Positions 15,479-29,849 of a stretch of 64,000 nt of DNA are shown here, piece after piece. The first letter of the stretch is position 1. Every line of letters starts with the position of its first letter. The position numbers and the translations under genes are program-made. Origin of the DNA: Eledone cirrhosa (Eukaryota); assembly GCA_964016885.1 (NCBI GenBank), contig OZ024741.1:289974001-290038000 (forward strand), read 5' to 3'. The notes under the pieces were generated by a model. That model saw only the letters and a program-made list of their open reading frames with translations. It made no database searches and was not told the DNA's origin.

Positions 15479-16390
15479 ATATTTGTTTATTGAAAAAAAC
15501 CAACAAAGATTTAATATAATAGGTCTGTTTGGGAACAGGTTTAGAATTGACCAATAGAAAAGTAGTAAGTGGTCAAGTTGATAGAATAGTAGTAGTAGAA
15601 ATTTAATTTAGGAGTAGAGGAATGCAGACTTCAGTTTTGAATGGAAAGAATACTTTGAATGAAAAGATTACTTTGGGGATAATAATAATAATTTGTAAAA
15701 TATAAGTGTATATTAATTAGGTTTATAATATTTGAAAGTTTTTTTAAGTGTGCTCAAAAGGACCACCCCTTATCAAAATAACAGATATGAGTGTAGATTC
15801 CCATGAACTTTTTGAAATAATGAAATCTAAGGATATCCTATTAAATAAGCGATAAGAATTAATTATATCGTGCAATCATAGAATTAGAAGAACTTTCAAA
15901 TATTATAAACCTAATTAATAAACACTTATATTTTACAAATTATTATAATTAGTTTTTTTTTTAATTTAGTTAACCTATAATTAGTATTTTACTACTGAGA
16001 ACTTCATAATTTTATTTCCCTTTTACAGCTATCTTTTCCTAAAATTAATACCTATAAGTATACATATAAACTATTTTAATTTCCTGTTATGAATCTTAAT
16101 TCCTTGTAGTCTATATAAGTTTGTTATTTCTCACTAATATATTTATCCCCCCCCCCCAATTCTTTTCCTTCGTTTTTAACAACATTCTTTAATAACATCT
16201 AACTCTTATTTATCACATCTATATGAATTAATATAAATTTATCCCTATAAGTATACCTATCAATTAAATAAATTTAATTTCTTTTTATAGATCTAAATTC
16301 CTTATGTTTTAAATAAGATTGGTATTTCTCACTAACACATTTATCCTAAAATTTTATTCTCCTTCGATTTTAACATTAGCATTATTCTTT

Positions 16391-16521
16391 AATTGTTTCT
16401 ACTTTAGGCACAAGGCCAGCAATTACCCAGTACATTACTGGTACTTATTTTATCGACCCCGTAAGGATGAAAGGCAAAGTTAACCTCGGCGGGATTTGAA
16501 CTCAGACTGTAAAGGGACGTC
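16391..16521 (-). mobile_element. SINE family A, 5'-truncated, inside PLE UTR
   Basis: Family consensus; absent from the homologous position near 47790. Confidence 0.85.
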
Positions 16522-16786
16522 GTGTACCTTTCACCGGCTTGACCTCTTTTCATCCTCAAAGTAATCTTTTCATTCAAAGTAATCTTTCCATTCAAAACTG
16601 AAGTCTGCATTCCTCTACCCCTAAATTAAATTTCTACTACTACCATTCTATCAACTTGATCACTTACTACTTTTCTATTGGTCAATTCAAAACCTGTTCC
16701 CAAACAGACCTATTATATTAAATCTTTGTTGGTTTTTTTCAATAAACAAATATCATTATTTCTGAAGACAGCGGGGAGATTTCTGA

Positions 16787-16979
16787 GGGCGGTGGATTGG
16801 CAGTATCGGTAGAGAGTCGGACACCATGCTTTGAAGCATAGAGTTACGTCCCTTTATGATCTGAGTTCAAATCCCGCCGAGGTTAACTTTGCCTTTCATC
16901 CTTACGGGGTCGATAAAATAAAGTACCAGTAATGTACTGGGTAATTGCTGGCCTTGTGCCTAAAATAGAAACAATTATT
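16787..16979 (+). mobile_element. SINE family A with 18-bp TSD
   Basis: TSD ATTATTTCTGAAGACAGC at 16755-16772 and 16974-16991. Confidence 0.9.
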
Positions 16980-17108
16980 TCTGAAGACAGCATATATATG
17001 TGTAGGTATGTATATTCCCTCTGATAGTTTGTAAAATTTTTACATAGATCTATATGATATACATACCAACACGCACATATATATCCTAGAAACAATCGTA
17101 AAATGATG
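16974..17108 (+). ncRNA. Type I hammerhead with long stem II (PLE UTR)
   Basis: AUUU-CUGAAGA-C..A-GAAA-CAAUC-GUA-AAAU. Confidence 0.65.
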
Positions 17109-17563
17109 AATTTTTTAATATAAGGAACTGTTTCTTTGTTTTTATTCATTGTTTTTATTAATTTATATATATATATATATATATATAAGCACACACACAC
17201 GCACAAAAGTATCTCAATACATTTGGCTTTTCAATGATCAAAACCACATCAAATTCTTAATTGGAATAACATATTAGACTATGCCATGTTTTACATGCAA
17301 AGCGTATTTTGCTGCGGTTCCACCTCAGATATTATTTTCATCCCGTTCTATAAGTTTACCGCCGTCGACTCGAAATTCAAAATCAGAGTTAATTCTCTTT
17401 GGTTGTACCAACCAAAATACCTATTAAAAACCAACACCCATTTTCTGAATTTCCTTTAGCCGACACTAAGTATCTTCAAAATATAGAGAAGAAACTTATT
17501 TCCATATCCATCCTAGTGTTGACAATTCATGAATCCTTACTATTCCGTGACAACCCTCTAAAC

Positions 17564-17854
17564 CAGGCCTGGGCAACATTTTTCGAAAAGCGGGCCGCAT
17601 GAGATATGGCTCATCAACAGGCGGGCCCCATTCCTAATTTACATTAGTACCCAAATTAAAAAAGGGTCAGTAACTTAGGTTGTTTTGATTTGTTTCTTCA
17701 GAATTCGTTATTCGTTGTTTTCCTCGATCGTAAAAATGATAGAAAGATAAATTACGACTGAAAATTTGGGGTAAAAAAATTCAGAAAGATTTCACTTAGG
17801 CGACTTAGGCGAGCCATTCAGAAAGCTTCGCGGACCGCAGGTTGCCCACTACCG
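17564..17854. mobile_element. hAT-type MITE
   Basis: 8-bp TSD CTCTAAAC (17556-17563, 17855-17862); imperfect TIR CAGGCCTGGGCAAC / GTTGCCCACTACCG. Confidence 0.8.
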
Positions 17855-18081
17855 CTCTAAACGGTAGCACTACTATCTACTTAATGTAAATGAGCACACA
17901 CATTTGAGCACACAAATGAGCACACAAATTTGACTCCCTGATCTTAATATTTTCACTGCCATCATCTTCACTCACATTAACACAATACCGCTGTTAACTC
18001 CGCCAAGATTACTAATTCTCTAACTCAATTCTATCAGTCGTTATTAATTTGTTATCACATCACCATTTACTTTACTACAAT

Positions 18082-18251
18082 TTCGATTTTACTCAAAATT
18101 GTTCATTAGATTGAAGGAAGAGTAAACATATTTACAGAACAAGCCACGCAAGGGAGAGATCGAACTCGAAACGATGAGAATGGTAAGTGAACGTCATTAG
18201 AATACATCCATTCCTGTACCTAGTTCTACAAAGTGGGATTGTGCTTCTAGA
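18082..18251 (-). mobile_element. Dispersed SINE-like repeat (family C)
   Basis: Homologous to 14083-14248. Confidence 0.6.
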
Positions 18252-19941
18252 GACAGTACAGATATTTGATCTTTAAAGGGTAGCTATGAAAAGTCTTTCT
18301 TATCATTGTTTCAAATGAACATCTCCAGACGATGTTTCATAAGTAAAACAGCACATAAGCTATAAGCTTATTCTTGTCTCGGTACCGAGTCAGGAAATGT
18401 CAACGATAACGAAGAAAAATCCAGAAACACGTATGTGACTTTTCATCTTGCTACTCATAGCTATGAAATGATCACTGTTTAATATATCCATAGCAGGACT
18501 CTTGTACTTTATCCTTTATCATACATAAACATATCGTACATGTCTTCATATACAACCTTGCCGTATACATATGCAATAAGCGATACATTGAAAGATAGAA
18601 GGAAAGTCATAGAGAAGGAGGGATGGAAATAGAGAGGAGATAGAGACAAACAGAAGGAGAGATAGAAGAAATATGTCAGGAAGACAATCAGGAGAAGCGA
18701 AGAAAAACACAATAAATTATTGAAGGAAAGAAGGAAATTAATAAAATATTAAATCAAAAAGAAATGAATGAATCTTGTAGAAAACAATGTGGATAAAATG
18801 ACGAATGAAAGATTTCATGAGTGAATTTGAAAGAATATTTGTGTTGAAAATGATAACAATTATATCTTACAATAGTCACAAACTAGGCATTTGTTGTGGA
18901 GAGAACATTCAATTAACTCGACATCCGTACCTGATCGGATGATAAAATTCATTGTTATATATGGTATTTTCTACGAAGGTCTAACGATTCAAATAATGCC
19001 ACCGATTAGAAGGGAGTCATGCATGATCCCGTAAGTCCTGAGGGAACCGCAGGGGCACCGCATTACCATACGAATTTCCAGGGCATTTTTAAAACCTGGC
19101 GGAACCCATCTTTTCTCCTGGTCTGAATACAGCAATTTCTTCCAGAGAAGGATAAAGTGTGAGAGAATGGAGAAATGAGAAATAGATGAGAAGCAAAATT
19201 AACCGCGGCGGGATTTAGGCAGGATTTAGACTCAGGGAGCATTGAGCCGGACCGACTTTGCCAATTCGCCACCTTTTAATACTAAATAGGATATAAGAAA
19301 TCTAGAAATATTAAATTAAAAACAATAATTGAAGTTACATTAAAATACAATGAAAGAGAACGTGTAACAAATATATATATAAATCATAAACGAAAGGAAA
19401 GAAATCGTAAAAGAAGGAGATAGTGAAAAAAAAGCATGAAGGGTACAAAACATAAACAAATGTACAATAACCACAACTATGTAAGAAGGAAACAAACAAA
19501 CATGAAATGAAGAAAGTAAAAACGGATATTGGTCGTAACGAAAGTAAATATTGAAAAGAAGTGAAAAAAATGAAAGAAAAGAAGAAAGGTCATTGGTTAA
19601 TTGAATGTTGTAAAGGAATGAATAATATAAGAAAAAAGGTTAGTAGTTAAGACGGAGAAAAGAAGATGATTTAAGGAATAGAAAGAAAGGGAAACAGATA
19701 AATTGATAGCATGACAAATAAACAGAAATGCATACAGACTTGCAAATAGATCATTAGATAGATAAATAGATAGAAAGAGACATACATACATATATACATA
19801 TATACATACACACACAGAGACAAAAATACACACGTACACTTACACACACACACAGACACACACACACATATATATAGTATAACTCGTGCCAAATCTAAAT
19901 TGGGGAGGAATACAAGTATATTAGTGACAAATATTTTTTTG

Positions 19942-19973
<32 letters not shown>

Positions 19974-19995
19974 CAAACAAAAAAATTATTTGTCA

Positions 19996-20039
<44 letters not shown>

Positions 20040-20652
20040 GAGAGAGAGGGGGAGAGAGATGAATAGAGAGATACAAAAGAAATTAAATACATTTAAAAAA
20101 TTAAAAAGATAAAACAAGCTTAATGATTTTATAAGAAGAGATGATGAAGGAGTGATAGATATGTATATAGAGAGGTAGGTAAATAGATAGATAGTAAGAT
20201 GAGGTGAGGTAGCGAGAGAAAGAATGAAGAAAGTTTTAAAGAAACAAGGATACAAAGGCAAAAAAATTATCGTACAATTAAAATAAAAATACAAAACAGG
20301 CAATGAAAAGAGAAAAGAGAAGTAAGGGAAAATCAAGCTAACAATGAGGGTGTAACGCTGGAAGCAATGAAATGAAAAATTGTGACGATGTTCACAGCAA
20401 ACGTTCTTTGGTTGAATGGCAGTTAACAAATGAATTATCTAATTAATGACAATAACATATGTTTTCACATTTTGCTAACTCATATATAGCTGCCGGACCT
20501 TTTAAAAATATGACGCCATCTTTCACTGAAACAGGCGCCATTTTCTTTGACTGTGATGGTTGTCGTTTGATGTTGTTGTCATTGCCATTGTAGTGTTTGT
20601 TGTTGTTTCTATATTTGATTATAACGAATACCTGATCTCAAATTATAAATGA

Positions 20653-20683
<31 letters not shown>

Positions 20684-20718
20684 TGTATGTATGTATGTAT
20701 GTATGTATGTATGTATGT

Positions 20719-20776
<58 letters not shown>

Positions 20777-20845
20777 ATGCATACATATATACACACACAC
20801 ATATATATATATATACTTACATACACACACACATACTCCCTCCCC

Positions 20846-20885
<40 letters not shown>

Positions 20886-21061
20886 GTAATTGTGTTGCGG
20901 TTTTTCTTCATCATTCATCCAGTCTGTATCCATTATCAGGTCTACCAAACACTATTGGTAGACGTCTGTACATTCATTTATATCCGTCTGTGAATATTCT
21001 GTTTACATTTCTTTAATACAACATTAAACATATCACTTAATTTATCACATTATTATGCATA

Positions 21062-21255
21062 GGGCGGTGAATTGGCAGTATCGGTAGAGGGTCGGACGCC
21101 ATGCTTTATAACATAGAGTTATACCCCTTTATAGTCTGCGTTCAAATCCCACCGAGCTTAACTTTTCCTTTCATCCTTCCGGGGTCGATAAAATAAAGTA
21201 CCATTAATGCACTGAGATAATTGCTGGCATTGTGCCCAAAGTAGAAACAATTATT
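21062..21255 (+). mobile_element. SINE family A with TSD
   Basis: Full length; TSD ATTATTATGCAT. Confidence 0.9.
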
Positions 21256-21669
21256 ATGCATCTTGTATGATATTTCCTAGCATATGATAAATTTACAGAA
21301 AAGAACTGATAGCAAAAATGCTATCAGAAATGTAGTCCTCCCAAAGCTGATGACTATATTAATAATAGATCACTATAAATAATAGTTTTAAAACACGGAT
21401 AACGTACCCCAGGTGACGGAAAAATTAGACAGACGTGTCTGCGAGGAATAGAAATCCGTAATTCTCGGATGCCGGACGAATGTGTTAACCGCTAGTAGTT
21501 ATCTAAAAGACAAATTCAATGCCCTTTTTCAAAGGGCATTGAATTTGTCTTTTAGACATTTTTAAACTACTCATTTCAGTCTGGTACTTAAATACCTCTG
21601 TATGTCGATCCACAAAATTGCGAAATAAAAAGAGACTTAACATAAACAATAACAATATATATATATATA

Positions 21670-21724
<55 letters not shown>

Positions 21725-22934
21725 CACACTTATATAGACTTGCGTAAACACACACAAAGAGAATTTATTTTAAACGAATTCATTTTTCTTACGCTTAGGT
21801 TATAACGTTGCTATGATCTCCAGGCGTCAAACGTCTGTGGTTATTCCGGCTTTTTCATCAGCATCAGAGTGGCTTCATTCTTTTGTGAATGGTTATCGAT
21901 TTCATTGATGATTTCTTAATTTGATTTATTAGGCCGTTATCTTTGGTTATCAAAGTTTCATTTGCCAATTCGAAAAAGTGGTTCTAGTTTTCTTTTTCAT
22001 ATGTTCCTTGTTGCTTTACTGTTTTACTGTGTATGAGTCTTCGTATCCTTTTTAAGGACATATGCTTGGCACTGTTATCAATGGGCTTGATAGTGTATTC
22101 TTAGATAATGCACAATAGAATAAACTTGACATCAAATAATTTATATATATATACAGGGTTTCGTAATTTATAAGTATGAAATCTGGCGACAGGCAAAGTA
22201 AATCTTTACCGTCAAACAATGACGACAATAACATCATCCTCATAATCGCCTTTATCAGCAGCTTAACTAAATGTAACATCATCAGTAGGAGCAGCAGCAC
22301 CTATAACAGCATCAGCATTATTAGCAGTAACATCAGCAGCATTTCAAGTAAAACCCCAGCACCAGCAGTGATAACAAAGACAACCACACCAACAGCAGCA
22401 AGCCAGTATTTAAGGAGTAGAAATGACATAAGATGGTGCCTTATAAATTTATCAGATGGTCCTTAATGAATTGATCTACTCGCTGTTGTTTCCAACGTAA
22501 TGACAATAGAAATCGGTCTTTCTTATATAACACTGTCCCATTACTAGCACCCACTCTCTACATCTGTTCCAGCTCCCTTCTCTCACTTTACCTACTACCC
22601 CAGTTTTTCTCTATTATACAGCAGCGCCTCACTACTGTTTCCCCATTCCACAGTCACTACTGCCATAAATATCGCCCCCTCTCTCCCTCTTTACGTTTCT
22701 TTCTTTCTCTTTCTCTTTCTCTAATATATAGCAATGTCTCACCCTACGGTTCCACTATTACTCCGTCTCTATTGCCGTAATCTACCCTTCCTTCTCTCAC
22801 TCTCTCTCTACCCCTGTCACTCTGTTCTGTCTTTGACCCTCTTTTTATATACGTATATAGGTTTATATATATATATATTCTTTTTTTTAATAAAAATCAT
22901 TAAATGTATATATATATATGTGTGTATATATATG

Positions 22935-23001
<67 letters not shown>

Positions 23002-23022
23002 ATACTGAACAAATTCAGAAAC

Positions 23023-23075
<53 letters not shown>

Positions 23076-23160
23076 ATAATAATAAATTTGAAGACTAAGA
23101 TCCAAAGAGGGCTCGATAAGGAAAAATATATATCAAATATATAAGAACCGTAGAGCAAAT

Positions 23161-23210
23161 GTTTTAGAAGATCCCGTTAAGGGTGAAAGCAGCGATTCTT
23201 TACTTAAACT
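23161..23210 (+). ncRNA. Hammerhead-like motif (variant core)
   Basis: GUUU-(C/U)AGAAGA-U-CCC(GUUAA)GGG-U-GAAA-GCA..U-AAAC; related copies at 4880-4925 (-) and 50847-50888 (+). Confidence 0.4.
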
Positions 23211-23403
23211 TTAATGTTATTTTAATATATATATATATATATTGTTATACTTTGGGAGGGTCATGTTGCCAATAAGAAACACACGCACCAGTTGCTTTCA
23301 CTCCAATTTATTATAAATTAAATTTGTAAATTTATAAATTTATAAATTTATAAATTTCCGGTTGGTTGGTTGGTTCCACAACCGGACGGTTGTTCATATA
23401 TTA

Positions 23404-23444
23404 TCAAAGTTCTTTCATCACACATTCTGTGACCTCTTCAGTGA
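23404..23444 (-). ncRNA. Minimal hammerhead-like motif
   Basis: UCA-CUGAAGA-G-GUCACA(GAAUG)UGUGAU-GAAA-GAA-CUU-UGA; relative at about 36915-36950. Confidence 0.5.
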
Positions 23445-23539
23445 CTGGGGATTCTTTTCTTTGTTTTTGTGCCTCACCTTTGTTCTGTCCTACGCCATCT
23501 TGTTTTTGTGTGTGTTTATTTATTTTATGAGTGTGTGTG

Positions 23540-24093
23540 TGTGAATTTCGTATATCTGAAGATATACGGCATGTTTAATAAATAAACATTTTGAAAGCCC
23601 AGCTTCGAATATTGAAAAGCGGATGGTCAGCGCCGTTTAGCGGAATCCAGCAGAAGCAGCGGGGAACAACTCTCTATGCTCATTTTGAGCTCTGGCCCTC
23701 ATCAGGACAGTGCTTCCACTGCTGGATCATGAAACAGGCGAAAATATATAGTTTTTTCACCTGTGTAGGTGGGCTGATTAATTTCATTTTCATACTTAAA
23801 GTACTTAAAAGTAGAATTAAAATTTAGCTTCATATTCAAATGAGCTAATCAGCTCATCTACATTCGGCGAAAAACTATATATTTTCGTCTGTTTCATGTT
23901 CCAGCAAAGAGCAGGAGAAGCACTTTCTTTATTAGAGCCAGAGCTCGACATGCGCATAGACAGTTTTCCCCCGCTGCTTCGGCTGGAATCAGCTAGACGG
24001 GGCTGGCCGTCAACTATTCAATATTAATAGCAGAGCTTTCAAAATATTTATTTATTAAACGTACCCTATATATTTAGATATACGAAATTCACA
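23540..24093. mobile_element. Diverged fold-back element (~250-bp arms) with decayed HHR in each arm
   Basis: Consensus of the two arms restores CUGUC-CUGAUGA-GAGC(CAGA)GCUC-GAAA-UGCGC-AUA-GACAG. Confidence 0.75.
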
Positions 24094-24362
24094 TATATGT
24101 ATGTATATAGCTATGTCGAAGCAAAATTTTAAATATATATATATATATGTAATGTATGTATGTATATATATATGTATGTATATAACGATACTAATCTGTA
24201 TTGCAAACGTATGGTATTTCATTCATATTTTCGATTTTAATTTTCTTATTTTCTTCATTTCTTTCATTCTTTCTTTCCTTTTTCTCTTTCACATTTTCCC
24301 CTTTTCTTCTTTACAATTCGCATTTACTTCTTTTCATTCTTTTGTTCGGCAGTTCCGTATCA

Positions 24363-24401
<39 letters not shown>

Positions 24402-24544
24402 ATATTTATAAACACATGTATATATATATATATATATAAACATATTTATAAACACATGTATATATATATATATATACACACAATAACAACAACTACTACT
24501 ACAACTATTACTACTACTACTACTACTACTTGCTCTAATTATCT

Positions 24545-24612
24545 GTGCCGGCGGCCATATTGCCTCACTTCCGCTTTCTGCCAATATTGGCTTGCCCGGC
24601 TCGCTTTCGCTT
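24545..24612. promoter_or_regulatory. Candidate regulatory island
   Basis: GC-rich unique patch with YY1-like GCGGCCATATT, ETS CACTTCCG and double CCAAT palindrome GCCAATATTGGC. Confidence 0.3.
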
Positions 24613-24723
24613 AAAGAGAATATTAAGCGAGATGCGGTCTTCTTGGAGAGCTCTCTCTTCTGAAGTGGAATTCGAAGACGGCATAAATGACTGGATAAAG
24701 ATAGGAATGGCTGGGCTTGTATT

Positions 24724-24790
<67 letters not shown>

Positions 24791-25289
24791 CTGGTTTGTG
24801 TCTGGTTTATGTCTGTGTTTCTCAGATTCTATGTTGGATGTGTGTGTGACTTTATGAATGTGTATATATACCGATATATTTGTATACATGTACAAGTGTA
24901 TCTCAGTGCGCGTGTGCTTATGTGTGCACACTTTCGTGTCAATGTGTGGGAGTCTCAAGGTACACAAACCCACAGGCGCATCCACACACACACGCATACA
25001 CACACTGTTACGTATATGTATATATATATATATGCATACATATGTATCTATCTATCTATCAATCTATCTATCTCTCTATGTATCTCACCCCTCTCTCTTT
25101 GTGTGTGTATGTATATATATATATATATATATATCTTTCTCTTTCTCGCCCTCCCTTTCTCTGTCTACCCACACATATACATATACATATATATATATAT
25201 ATATATATGCAGGGTGTCCCAAAAATGTATACACACTTCAATAGCATTCTAATCAAAGTATGTATACATTTAGGAGGGACACACTGTAT

Positions 25290-25367
<78 letters not shown>

Positions 25368-25446
25368 TGGTGTATATACTTGTGCGGCGCCGAAAGTACA
25401 CATTTCTGTATTTATATGAAAGTGATAGGTGAGCGAGCGTAAAAGG

Positions 25447-25533
<87 letters not shown>

Positions 25534-25893
25534 GTTTCAGGATTAAAAATAAACGAAATTCTCTACAAAAATTTAATTAAATATATAATAATAATATAAA
25601 AAAATCAGATAAAGAAAGCGAAACGAAACGATTATATAATTATATATAAAAACATCAAGAATAAAGAGTGAAACTTCTATTATATGAACACAGTTTTATA
25701 TTTTGGGAGGAGGAAAATGTGGAGAAGGGGAAGGTATGTGGGTCAATGTTGAGATGTGTAGGAGTGTTGTGACATGAAGGTGGGGAGATATTAGATGAAG
25801 GGGTTTTTATTTTTATGAAGGGGTGGGTTGTCATCGGCGAGAGCTTTAGCAAGATGTGTGTTTCTGTGTAGGTATCCGTGTATATATATGTGT

Positions 25894-25926
<33 letters not shown>

Positions 25927-26094
25927 CATATACATGTGTATATGTGCATATGCATATGTAGATATGCCTGTATATGTATCTATGCTTGTATGTATTTTTT
26001 TTGGGGGGGGGGGATATGCCTGCTGCTACGAATGTGCGTATATATACTTAGGTGTATGTATTTATATATATATATATATACTGTATATATATAT

Positions 26095-26184
<90 letters not shown>

Positions 26185-26489
26185 TGTGCATATATGCATG
26201 CATGTATGTATGTATGTATAATTGAATGTATGTGTATCAATGCATGTGATTATGTGTATGTTTATGAATACTTGTGTATACATGAATGTTTGTATATATG
26301 CGTATAGAGAAGAGGAGCTAGCGGTGGCTGTTGTAAAGTGGCTGTAGTAAGAATCGTCAACGAGGTATGGGTTGGGGTGAGTGGAATGGACTGGGGACTA
26401 TTTAAGGTTGGGCACGGATTTGGTGCTGGATTTTTGATGACGAAGCTCGGATGAATGGAGTTGAAGGAGAAGGGAACTGCAGAAAGACG

Positions 26490-29010
26490 AAAGAAAAGAA
26501 AGAGATACAGGAAAGAGGGAAGAAAAGAAAGAGATAGAAGAAAGAGGGAAGAAAAGAAAGAGATAGAAGAAAGAGGGAAGAAAAGAAAGAGATAGAAGAA
26601 AGAGTGAAGAAAGAGTGAAGAAAAGAAAGAGATAGAAGAAAGAGTGAAGAAAAGAAAGAGATAGAAGAAAGAGGGAAGAAAAGAAAGAGATAGAAGAAAG
26701 AGGGAAGAAGAGAAAGAGATAGAAGAAAGAGTGAAGAAAGAGTGAAGAAAAGAAAGAGATAGAAGAAAGAGTGAATAAAAGAAAGAGATAGAAGAAAGAG
26801 GGAAGAAAAGAAAGAGATAGAAGAAAGAGGGAAGAAGAGAAAGAGATAGAAGAAAGAGTGAAGGAAGAGTGAAGAAAAGAAAGAGATAGAAGAAAGAGGG
26901 AAGAAAAGAAAGAGATAGAAGAAAGAGATAGAAGAAAGAGGGAAGAAGAGAAAGAGATAGAAGAAAGTGGGAAGAAAGAGTGAAGAAAAGAAAGAGATAG
27001 AAGAAAGAGAGAAGAAAAGAAAGAGATAGAAGAAAGAGTGAAGAAAAGAAAGAGATAGAAGAAAGAGTGAAGAAAAGAAAGAGATAGAAGAAAGAGGGAA
27101 GAAGAGAAAAGATAGAAGAAAAAGGGAAGAAAAGAAAGAGATAGAAGAAAGAGGGAAGAAAAGAAAGAGATAGAAGAAAGAGGGAAGAAAAGAAAGAGAT
27201 AGAAGAAAGAGTGAAGAAAGAGTGAAGAAAAGAAAGAGATAGAAGAAAGAGGGAAGAAAAGAAAGAGATAGAAGAAAGTGGGAAGAAAGAGTGAAGAAAA
27301 GAAAGAGATAGAAGATAGAGAGAAGAAAAGAAAGAGATAGAAGAAAGAGTGAAGAAAAGAAAGAGATAGAAGAAAGAGGGAAGAAGAGAAAAGATAGAAG
27401 AAAAAGGGAAGAAAAGAAAGAGATAGAAGAAAGAGGGAAGAAAAGAAAGAGATAGAAGAAAGAGGGAAGAAAAGAAAGAGATAGAAGAAAGAGGGAAGAA
27501 GCGAAAGAGATAGAAGAAAGAGGAAAGAAGCGAAAGAGATAGAAGAAAGAGATAGAAGAAAGAGTGAAGAAAAGAAAGAGATAGAAGAAAGAGGGAAGAA
27601 GCGAAAGAGATAGAAGAAAGAGGGAAGAAAAGAAAGAGATAGAAGAAAGAGGGAAGAAGCGAAAGAGATAGAAGAAAGAGGGAAGAAAAGAAAGAGAGAG
27701 AAGAAAGAGGGAAGAAGAGAAAGAGATAGAAGAAAGAGTGAAGAAAAGAAAGAGAGAGAAGAAAGAGGGAAGAAGAGAAAGAGATAGAAGAAAGAGGGAA
27801 GAAGAGAAAGAGATAGAACAAAGAGGGAAGAAAGAGTGAAGAAAAGAAAGAGATAGAAGAAAGAGTGAAGAAAAGAAAGAGATAGAAGAAAGAGTGAAGA
27901 AAAGAAAGAGAGAGAAGCAAGAGGGAAGAAGAGAAAGAGATAGAAGAAAGAGGGAAGAAGAGAAAGAGATAGAAGAAAGAGGGAAGAAAGAGTGAAGAAA
28001 AGAAAGAGAGAGAAGAAAGAGTGAAGAAAAGAAAGAGATAGAAGAAAGAGGGAAGAAGAGAAAGAGATAGAAGAATGAGGGAAGAAGAGAAAGAGATAGA
28101 AGAAAGAGGGAAGAAGAGAAAGAGATAGAAGAAAGAGGGAAGAAAGAGTGAAGAAAAGAAAGAGATAGAAGAAAGAGTGAAGAAAAGAAAGAGATAGAAG
28201 AAAGAGTGAAGAAAAGAAAGAGAGAGAAGAAAGAGGGAAGAAGAGAAAGAGATAGAAGAAAGAGGGAAGAAGAGAAAGAGATAGAAGAAAGAGGGAAGAA
28301 AGAGTGAAGAAAAGAAAGAGATAGAAGAAAGAGTGAAGAAAAGAAAGAAAGAGAAGAAAGAGTGAAGAAAAGAAAGAGAGAGAAGAAAGAGTGAAGAAAA
28401 GAAAGAGGGAGAAGAAAGAGGGAAGAAGAGAAAGAGATAGAAGAAAGAGAGAAGAAAAGAAAGAGATAGAAGAAAGAGGGAAGAAAGAGTGAAGAAAAGA
28501 AAGAGATAGAAGAAAGAGTGAAGAAAAGAAAGAGATAGAAGAAAGAGTGAAGAAAAGAAAGAGATAGAAGAAAGAGTGAAGAAATGAAAGAGAGAGAAGA
28601 AAGAGGGAAGAAGAGAAAGAGATAGAAGAAAGAGGGAAGAAGAGAAAGAGATAGAAGAAAGAGAGAAGAAAGAGTGAAGAAAAGAAAGAGGGAAGAAAGA
28701 GTGAAGAAAAGAAAGAGATAGAAGAAAGAGGGAAGAAAAGAAAGACATAGAAGAAAGAGTGAAGAAAAGAAATGGAGAGAAGAAAGAGTGAAGAAAAGAA
28801 AGAAAGAGAAGAAAGAGTGAAGAAAGAGAGAGAAGAAAGAGGGAAGAAGAGAAAGAGATAGAAGAAAGAGGGAAGAAGAGAAAGAGATAGAAGAAAGAGG
28901 GAAGAAAGAGTGAAGAAAAGAAAGAGATAGAAGAAAGAGGGAAGAAAAGAAAGAGATAGAAGAAAGAGGGAAGAAGAGAAAGAGATAGAAGAAAGAGGGA
29001 AGAAAAGAAA
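26490..29010. repeat. Polypurine minisatellite, 29-bp unit
   Basis: Variants of GAAGAAAAGAAAGAGATAGAAGAAAGAGG over ~2.5 kb. Confidence 0.95.
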
Positions 29011-29169
29011 TGAGAAAGGAGAAGAAAATAGGGAAGAAAAAGAGAGAAGAAAGCGAAGGGAGTGATGGATGAGGTGAAATAGGTGAAAAGAGTGAAAGGG
29101 GAAGGTGATGTGGAGAGGGAGATTTATACTGATCAGGTGCGAGAAAGGAGGGAATAAAGTGAACGTTTA

Positions 29170-29231
<62 letters not shown>

Positions 29232-29235
29232 ATGT

Positions 29236-29300
<65 letters not shown>

Positions 29301-29301
29301 A

Positions 29302-29384
<83 letters not shown>

Positions 29385-29385
29385 A

Positions 29386-29459
<74 letters not shown>

Positions 29460-29463
29460 ATGT

Positions 29464-29531
<68 letters not shown>

Positions 29532-29580
29532 ATGGTGGTAGTAATAGTAGTAGTGATGGTGGTAGTAGTAGTAGTAGTAT

Positions 29581-29612
<32 letters not shown>

Positions 29613-29655
29613 ATGGTAGTAGTAGTAGTAGTAGTTCTTGTAGTAGTAGTAGAAA

Positions 29656-29686
<31 letters not shown>

Positions 29687-29706
29687 TCTTGTAGTAGTAG
29701 TAGAAA

Positions 29707-29776
<70 letters not shown>

Positions 29777-29808
29777 TCTTGTAGTAGTAGTAGAAATAGT
29801 AGTAGAAA

Positions 29809-29849
<41 letters not shown>
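29170..29849. repeat. (TAG)n microsatellite, ~680 bp
   Basis: Direct reading, with TGA/TGG interruptions. Confidence 0.97.

Larger units (their letters stand above)
15155..17165 (+). mobile_element. PLE 3' fragment (same family as 47241-50200) with inverted 3' UTR copy and two SINE insertions
   Basis: 15748-15910 encodes decayed ..PYQNNRYECR..ELFEIMKSKDILLNKR*ELIISCNHR; 15155-15680 is an inverted copy of the 3' UTR. Confidence 0.85.
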
